This document shows, piece by piece, positions 6,543-11,326 of a DNA stretch of 11,326 nt. Below the pieces are notes generated by a model. The model did not search any database and was not told the origin of the DNA. It saw nothing but the letters and a program-made list of their open reading frames with translations. A program made the position numbers and the translations under genes. Each line of letters starts with the position of its first letter. Within the stretch, counting starts at the first letter, position 1. Source of the stretch: Candidatus Aminicenantes bacterium (lineage in GTDB: Bacteria > Acidobacteriota > Aminicenantia > UBA2199); the NCBI GenBank assembly GCA_026393795.1, contig JAPKZL010000050.1:1-11326 (forward strand), given 5' to 3'.

Positions 6543-8615
6543 TTACTTTTTGGGCAACTTCTGGCCGGGGATCCCCGGCTCCGAGGGCTTGATACCCGGC
6601 TTGCGTTCAATTTCGGCCACGGGCTTTTTTTCGACCGCTACGATGCCTTTCGTTATATTGCCAAGGACGGCAGCCATGAGGCCTTCGGATGTGCCGCCGC
6701 CCTTCTCGCCGCCGATGACCAGGATGGCGGGCATGATCTTGATGCCATTATCGGCAAGGGCCTTGATGGCGTTGACGACAGCAGTGGCTTGCGGACCGAG
6801 GGCTTGCACCTGGCGCTCGTAGGCTTCGGCGCTGGCCATACCGATCGCGCGGACTTCGACGCCTTTGGCATTGCCCACATCGGTGAGAAAACTGGCCTCG
6901 CCTTGACCTTCCACCTTGCGCGCATCGGCCTGGTTCTTCCTGATCTCGATCCCAACCTTGGACTTGGCCAGCTCGGCCTGCATTTCGGCGGTTCCCTTGC
7001 TCTGTTCCATGGCGATGCGCTGGTCCTGAGCGTCTTTTTGTTTCTGGAAGGTCGTGATTTCCTGGTTGGCAATTTCGCGCTGGGTCAGGACAGTCACCAT
7101 CTGCGGTGGCAGGATGACGTCCTGGATGTAGACCCCGCGGGTCTCCACTTCGTATTCGTTCAACTTGTTTCGGATGTGCTCATTCGCCTCTTCCTGCACT
7201 CCCTGCCGGGTCTCGATAAAGCGGATGGCGGGCATGCTCTGGAGCTTGTCACGGAAGTGGTTGCCCACGGCAGCCTGAAGCACCTCGTTGACCAGGTTGG
7301 TCATGGTGCCGACGATGCTGATCACCTTCGGGGCCTTCGTGTCCGGTACGTGGATCTGGACCTGGAGATCGATGTTGAAGATGAAGCCTTCGCGGCTCTT
7401 GGCCTCGATCTGCTTGAGCTCCTGATCCAGGTTGTGCGCCTTGGAGGTGGCCTCAGCCCAGTTCAGGGTCAGGATGCAAGTCGGAACAATCTCGGCATTG
7501 TAGATGTGTGGGTTGATGGGGTATTTCCCGGTGCGCAAGGGTTCTTCCCAAATGCCGCGATGGCCGGGCCTCACGAGACTGCCGAACTTGAAAGTCTCTC
7601 CGGACGTGTCCTCGGTCGGAAGCCCGACATAGGATTTGACCACGGCGACCTCGCCCTGTTCGATGACCAGCATGGGGACAATCTCGATCTCGACAAGGAA
7701 AGGATTGAGAATGTAGGCGCCGTAGAGCAGCGGGTCGTGTTGCAGACCTATTTTTCCGCCGTTGTCCAGGAATGCCTGGAAGTCCTGGTAGTTATTGTGG
7801 AGATTGTTCTTGTTGCCAAGGATGACTTCGATGAGCTCAGAGTTCCTTACCGGGTTAGCTTTCGTCGCTGCACGTTCAATTTTTGCGATATCGTCATAGC
7901 CGCCGAGGCGCGAAGCAATGTCGCCCGAAGGTAAAGGATCGCCTTCGAGGGCCGTGATGATGCCGATGGCGTCTATAAGTCTATCCACGCCGTTTTTTGC
8001 GTTTCTCTCGAACAAGGGAGCGATGCGGGTGACGTTCAATTGGCCTTCGTGCTTGAGCCCGAAGTTCACGAAGCTGAGTCCGCCGCGTTCACGGGAAGCC
8101 CGCTGGAGCTCCGGAGAGACCGGCAGACCATAAACATTTTTCTTGGTGATGACCAGAAATCCGACCGGATGGATGGGAAGGGTCTGGCCTGGGGAGAGGA
8201 CCCGCCGCTGGACGCCCTTTTGGCCGCCATTCTCGATGAAAACGCGGAGGTCGGTGAAATTACCAAACACCTTCTTGTCGACAGCCGACTTGGCGCCGGT
8301 GGGAAGGGACGATCCGACCTGGGCAATGACGACCCCGATCTCGCCGGCGGGGATCTGAATCCAAGGATACTTGTCCACTTTATAGACGAGCCAGAACTTG
8401 AAGCGCCAGCCGGGCATGAGCAGTTCCGATTGGTAACCGGCTTCACCGTTGAATGCAATGACGTTGTCTTTCGACAGTTTCTTGAAGCCGAACCTCTTGG
8501 TGACAAGACCGACTTCGGTCGGGCCGATCATCCTGATCGAGGGCCAGATGAGGAAGACGAAAAGAAAAATGAAAGAACCAGCATAAAGAAACGGGGTGAT
8601 CGGAGTCAAATCCAT
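6543..8615 (-). CDS. Flotillin-family (SPFH/band-7, YqiK/FloT-like) membrane protein with duplicated SPFH region
   Basis: The ATG at 8615 has an AGGAGG RBS 6 nt upstream. The N-terminal TM is PFLYAGSFIFLFVFLIWPSI, followed by the PTEVGLVTKRFG SPFH start. A second SPFH-like segment leads into an Ala/Glu/Gln-rich coiled-coil (AEMQAELAKSKVGIEIRKNQADARKVEG). The C-terminus LADNGIKIMPAILVIGGEKGGG is typical of flotillins. Confidence 0.85.
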   Translation of the reverse strand: MDLTPITPFLYAGSFIFLFVFLIWPSIRMIGPTEVGLVTKRFGFKKLSKDNVIAFNGEAGYQSELLMPGWRFKFWLVYKVDKYPWIQIPAGEIGVVIAQVGSSLPTGAKSAVDKKVFGNFTDLRVFIENGGQKGVQRRVLSPGQTLPIHPVGFLVITKKNVYGLPVSPELQRASRERGGLSFVNFGLKHEGQLNVTRIAPLFERNAKNGVDRLIDAIGIITALEGDPLPSGDIASRLGGYDDIAKIERAATKANPVRNSELIEVILGNKNNLHNNYQDFQAFLDNGGKIGLQHDPLLYGAYILNPFLVEIEIVPMLVIEQGEVAVVKSYVGLPTEDTSGETFKFGSLVRPGHRGIWEEPLRTGKYPINPHIYNAEIVPTCILTLNWAEATSKAHNLDQELKQIEAKSREGFIFNIDLQVQIHVPDTKAPKVISIVGTMTNLVNEVLQAAVGNHFRDKLQSMPAIRFIETRQGVQEEANEHIRNKLNEYEVETRGVYIQDVILPPQMVTVLTQREIANQEITTFQKQKDAQDQRIAMEQSKGTAEMQAELAKSKVGIEIRKNQADARKVEGQGEASFLTDVGNAKGVEVRAIGMASAEAYERQVQALGPQATAVVNAIKALADNGIKIMPAILVIGGEKGGGTSEGLMAAVLGNITKGIVAVEKKPVAEIERKPGIKPSEPGIPGQKLPKK

Positions 8616-8695
8616 AATGAACCTCCTAAAAACCAGAAATTCTTACTCAATGCCCCGGCAAACCTCGGCATAGTGATCCTCTCCCTACAATTGGA

Positions 8696-8724
8696 ATTTT
8701 AAGGCAATTCGATTTAAATTACAA
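8696..8724 (-). promoter_or_regulatory. Candidate sigma-70 promoter for the flotillin gene (TTGTAA-N17-TAAAAT)
   Basis: On the minus strand the -35 TTGTAA sits at plus 8719-8724 and the -10 TAAAAT at plus 8696-8701, with a 17-nt spacer. That is about 80 nt upstream of the ATG at 8615. Confidence 0.35.
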
Positions 8725-8799
8725 TATCGATCAGCGTTTTTTTAGGTCGGGTAAAAGGCTTCCGGCATATTGTCCGCCGGTTTCCAGAAGAGCGATGAA

Positions 8800-9189
8800 T
8801 AATGGGAGCAGCAGGGTGCGGACTGTAAGCCGGGTTCTGTCTAGAAGAATCATTTATCTGCCCGCGGCATTACTGCCGCGGTCCAGCAGCTAACCCGAGG
8901 GCCTCGGCCGGGAAAGCCTCGAACGCCCTCTGTTAAGCCTTGCTCCGGATGGGGTTTGTCTCAGTCCTGCCTGTCGCCAGGCGTGACGGTGAGCTCTTGC
9001 CTCACCTTTTCACCCTTACGGCCGCCGTTGCCGGCGGCTCGCGGTCTGTTCTCTGTGACACTGTCCTGTTCCCCCGTCTGAGCGGGGGAAAATCCCTGTT
9101 GGGGATCATCCTTCCCTGCGGAGCCCGGACTTTCCTCCCCTCTCAGTTAAGAGAGAGGCGATTCTTCATCCGCACCCTGCTGCTCCTTC
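8800..9189 (-). ncRNA. rnpB: RNase P RNA, bacterial type A
   Basis: The minus-strand sequence contains the P4 halves GGAAAGUCCGGGCUCC (plus 9120-9135) and ACAGAACCCGGCUUA (plus 8826-8840). It also contains AAGGGUGAAAAGGUGAGGCAAGAGCUCACC (plus 8988-9017) and CCGGAGCAAGGC. An 18-bp P1 helix pairs GGAGCAGCAGGGUGCGGA (plus 9169-9186) with UCCGCACCCUGCUGCUCC (plus 8805-8822). The total is about 390 nt. A TGnTATAAT extended -10 sits immediately upstream at plus 9190-9198. Confidence 0.9.
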
Positions 9190-9262
9190 ATTATACCAGG
9201 AGATTCGATTTTTTGATAGAGGTTGCGGCGCAGCAGGCCGGTTACCTGACGACGATATACTC
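9147..9262 (-). pseudogene. Remnant/duplicate of the 3' end (Fis-type HTH and C-terminus) of a sigma-54 activator gene, overlapping the rnpB promoter and 5' end
   Basis: The minus-strand frame reads ...[32 protein letters not shown]. The true activator C-terminus at 10353-10470 reads ...[36 protein letters not shown] identity is about 81% over 85 bp, with two perfectly conserved blocks of 17 and 21 bp and the stop codon in the same position. Confidence 0.55.
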
Positions 9263-10285
9263 CTTGATTTTGGCGAAAGTCTTCTCCTTGATGCCTTTGA
9301 CCTTCATAATGTCTTCGATCTTGGCATAAGGGCGTCCGGCGATGATCGCCTTGGCTTTGACCGGGCCGATACCCAGGAGACCGTCGAGTTGCTCCTCGCT
9401 GGCTTTGTTGATGTTGATCGTCTCGCCGGGCTTGAGCTTGGGCGAGACGGCCGTTTCATCATCCGCTTCAACGGTCACCAGGTTTTTGATGTCGTCGAAT
9501 CTCGCCTGGCCGATGCCGCTGACATTCTTAATGTCCTCGACGTTCTTGAAAGGCCGGGCGGCGATGATCTTCTCGGCAAGCTCCGGTCCGATGCCGGGGA
9601 GTGCTTCCAGGGCGGCTTTATCGGCGCTGTTCAGGTCAACAGGTCCGGCGGCTGTTGACTGCTTGGCGGCCGGCGAGGTCTGTTTAGCGGCAGCCTTGGC
9701 TTCGCTCTCTATCTTTTTGCCGGCCTTGGCTGCTTTAACCGTCACCAGGTCCTTAAGTTTGTCGAATGTCGCCTGGCCGATGCCCTTGACATTTTTCAGG
9801 TCATCGACGTTTTTGAAGGGACGGGCGGCGATGATGTTTTCAGCCAAGGTTGAACCGATTCCCGGCAGGTTTTCAATGGCCGCCTCGTCGGCGGTGTTGA
9901 GATTGACGATCTCCCCGGCAACGGTTTTATCGTTTCCCTTGGCGGCTGTTTCGGTCTTGGCTTTGGCCTTGGTCGCGGTTTCGGCCGTTTTAGCGGCCTC
10001 GGCCGCCTCGACAGTCACCAAGTCCTTGAGATCGTCGAATTTTGCCTGGCCGATGCCGCTGACGTTTTTCAGGTCAGCGATGCTTTTGAACGGACGGGCG
10101 GCGATGATCTTCTGGGCCAAGGAAGGGCCAACGCCCTTCAAGGCCTCGAGCTTGGCCAGGGTGGCGGTATTCAGGTTTATTTTTTTCGCTTTCGCCGCGG
10201 CGCCAGCTGGCATGGCCAGCGAACCCAAGAGCAAGCCAAGAACCACCAGGGAAAAAACAAAATGACAACAAATTCTGTTTTTCAT
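9242..10285 (-). CDS. Secreted protein with four tandem ComEA-like helix-hairpin-helix (HhH) DNA-binding modules
   Basis: The signal peptide is MKNRICCHFVFSLVVLGLLLGSLAMPAGAAA. Four repeats of xNLNTAxxxxLExLPGIGxxLAxKIIAARPFKxxxDLKNVxGIGQAxFDxLKxLVTV are separated by Ala/Lys/Thr-rich linkers. The RBS is GAGGT. Confidence 0.85.
   Translation of the reverse strand: MKNRICCHFVFSLVVLGLLLGSLAMPAGAAAKAKKINLNTATLAKLEALKGVGPSLAQKIIAARPFKSIADLKNVSGIGQAKFDDLKDLVTVEAAEAAKTAETATKAKAKTETAAKGNDKTVAGEIVNLNTADEAAIENLPGIGSTLAENIIAARPFKNVDDLKNVKGIGQATFDKLKDLVTVKAAKAGKKIESEAKAAAKQTSPAAKQSTAAGPVDLNSADKAALEALPGIGPELAEKIIAARPFKNVEDIKNVSGIGQARFDDIKNLVTVEADDETAVSPKLKPGETININKASEEQLDGLLGIGPVKAKAIIAGRPYAKIEDIMKVKGIKEKTFAKIKEYIVVR
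9245..10180 (-). repeat. DNA-level tandem repeats (about 267-273 nt period, 3 close copies + 1 divergent) encoding the HhH modules
   Basis: GTCACCAGGT.. units recur at 9474, 9741 and 10014. The flanking sequences are highly similar (..GCCTGGCCGATGCCGCTGACATT..GGCGGCGATGATCTTCTC..). Confidence 0.8.
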
Positions 10286-10321
10286 TATTTTATTACCTCA
10301 TTCGCTATTTTGATTAAAAAT

Positions 10322-10351
10322 ATTATATTTTGCCGATCCAGTAAAAGTCAA
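10322..10351 (-). promoter_or_regulatory. Near-consensus sigma-70 promoter TTGACT-N18-TATAAT driving the ComEA-like gene
   Basis: On the minus strand the -35 TTGACT is at plus 10346-10351 and the -10 TATAAT at plus 10322-10327. This is about 30 nt upstream of the ATG at 10285, with the -35 abutting the stop of the upstream activator gene. Confidence 0.6.
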
Positions 10352-10352
10352 A

Positions 10353-11326
10353 TTAAGAAATCGGCGATTCTTCATCCGCGCCCTGCGGCTCGACCATGAT
10401 GCCGAGGGACGCGATTTTTTGATAGAGGTTGCTGCGCGGGAGGCCGATCTCGCGGGCCGTCTTGGCCACGTTGTACTCGTATTCCTTCAGCTTCTGTTCC
10501 AGGTAGGCCTTTTCCGCCTCGTTCTTGAACTCCTTCCAATTCTTGATCTGGAGCAGCGCCATTTCGCCGCCGGCGCTGCTGCCATTGATGTAATCGGGCA
10601 GATCCTGGCTGGTGATCGGATCGGTGCGGCACATGATCAGGAGCCTTTCCACCAGGTTGCGCAACTCGCGCACGTTGCCCTTCCAGGGATAATCCAGCAG
10701 CCGGGAGAGCGCCTCGGGGGAAAATACCTTTTTCTTGTAATTGTTCTCCTCGGAAAAGTAATTGATGAAATGCTCGATCAGCAGCGGGATGTCCTCCTTT
10801 CTTTCGCGCAGCGCCGGCGAATGGATCGGCACCACGTTCAGACGGAAAAAGAGGTCTTCGCGGAAATTGTTCTTCCTGATCTCCTCCTCCAGGTTCTTGT
10901 TGGTGGCCGCGATGACGCGGACGTTGACCTTCTTGATCTCCGGCGAGCCCACCGGCTGCACCTCGCCCTCCTCGAGCACGCGTAAGACCTTGGCCTGGGC
11001 CTTCAGGCTCAGGTCGCCGATCTCGTCCAGGAAAATGCTGCCGCGGTGGGCGCTTTCGAACTTGCCGATCTTTTTCTCATAGGCCCCGGTGAACGATCCT
11101 TTTTCATGCCCGAAAAGCTCGCTCTCGATCAGCTCGTCGGGAATGGCGGCGCAGTTGACCTGGACGAAACGGTTCTGGCTGCGGGCGGACTGCTGGTGGA
11201 TCAGGCGGGCGATGAGTTCCTTGCCGGTGCCGCTGTCGCCGGAGATCAGGACGGTGGAATCGCTGCGGGCCACGCGCCGTATCGTTTCCAGCAGGGCTTT
11301 CATGACCGCCGATTGCCCCACCAGCT
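10353..11326 (-). CDS. Sigma-54-dependent transcriptional activator (NtrC/EBP family), 5'-truncated by the window edge; AAA+ sigma-54 interaction domain + Fis-type HTH
   Basis: The Walker A is [14 protein letters not shown] is the GAFTGA-type sigma-54 contact loop. The arginine-finger region is RVIAATN...ELRNL, and the C-terminal HTH is [19 protein letters not shown]. The N-terminal sensory or receiver domain lies beyond position 11326. Confidence 0.9.
   Translation of the reverse strand, partial: LVGQSAVMKALLETIRRVARSDSTVLISGDSGTGKELIARLIHQQSARSQNRFVQVNCAAIPDELIESELFGHEKGSFTGAYEKKIGKFESAHRGSIFLDEIGDLSLKAQAKVLRVLEEGEVQPVGSPEIKKVNVRVIAATNKNLEEEIRKNNFREDLFFRLNVVPIHSPALRERKEDIPLLIEHFINYFSEENNYKKKVFSPEALSRLLDYPWKGNVRELRNLVERLLIMCRTDPITSQDLPDYINGSSAGGEMALLQIKNWKEFKNEAEKAYLEQKLKEYEYNVAKTAREIGLPRSNLYQKIASLGIMVEPQGADEESPIS

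Noticed and set aside
6306-7934. 542-aa + strand ORF antisense to the flotillin gene
   Set aside because: Its Gly/Leu/Asp/Ala-rich translation has no recognisable domain and no RBS. The opposite strand encodes a textbook SPFH/flotillin protein with RBS and TM anchor.
8940-9329. 129-aa + strand ORF in the flotillin/ComEA intergenic gap
   Set aside because: It lies exactly antisense to rnpB, whose conserved structure explains the sequence. The ORF has no RBS or homology features.
9342-10265. 307-aa + strand ORF antisense to the ComEA-like gene
   Set aside because: It is an Ala/Ser-rich mirror of the repeated HhH gene. The minus-strand frame has a signal peptide, four HhH modules and a consensus promoter.
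10286-10352. Sigma-54 (-24/-12) promoter for the ComEA-like gene downstream of the sigma-54 activator
   Set aside because: The TGGATCGGCAAAAT candidate lacks the GC at -12. The same region is fully explained by a near-consensus sigma-70 TTGACT-N18-TATAAT promoter.

Overview
This is a GC-rich (~60%) bacterial chromosomal segment with canonical AGGAGG-type ribosome-binding sites. I can support nine protein-coding genes and one essential ncRNA.

Plus strand, in order:
- a heptamer-repeat plus palindrome element;
- rsmI (16S rRNA 2'-O-methyltransferase);
- a POTRA-less Omp85-family outer-membrane barrel whose start overlaps the rsmI stop;
- a secreted ankyrin-repeat plus PD40/TolB-like beta-propeller fusion.

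A convergent terminator hairpin follows. Minus strand, in transcription order:
- the 3' part of a sigma-54-dependent (NtrC-type) activator, running off the window edge;
- a secreted protein made of four tandem ComEA-like HhH DNA-binding modules, with a near-consensus sigma-70 promoter;
- rnpB (type-A RNase P RNA), which the ORF track cannot show;
- a 690-aa flotillin/SPFH membrane protein with a duplicated SPFH region;
- an ECF sigma factor;
- an AhpD-like carboxymuconolactone-decarboxylase (CMD) family protein with CxxC and a Cys-rich acidic tail;
- an ICMT/PEMT-family membrane methyltransferase;
- an NQO1-like flavodoxin-fold quinone reductase.

The most unusual signals are two sets of direct repeats. 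The first is an ~85-110 bp duplication that flanks the ComEA-like cassette. Its left copy is the rnpB promoter plus P1 5' strand, and its right copy is the C-terminal codons of the sigma-54 activator. The second is a 34-bp copy of the universally conserved rnpB P10-P12 motif, found 2.5 kb away between the flotillin and ECF sigma genes.

The ECF sigma cluster resembles the CMD/oxidoreductase neighbourhood described for ECF41-type sigma factors. It has no recognisable anti-sigma factor, and the sigma carries only a short two-cysteine C-terminal extension. Several six-frame ORFs are GC-artefacts. The listed 440-aa ORF over-extends a 256-aa gene and masks the ICMT-like gene in another frame.
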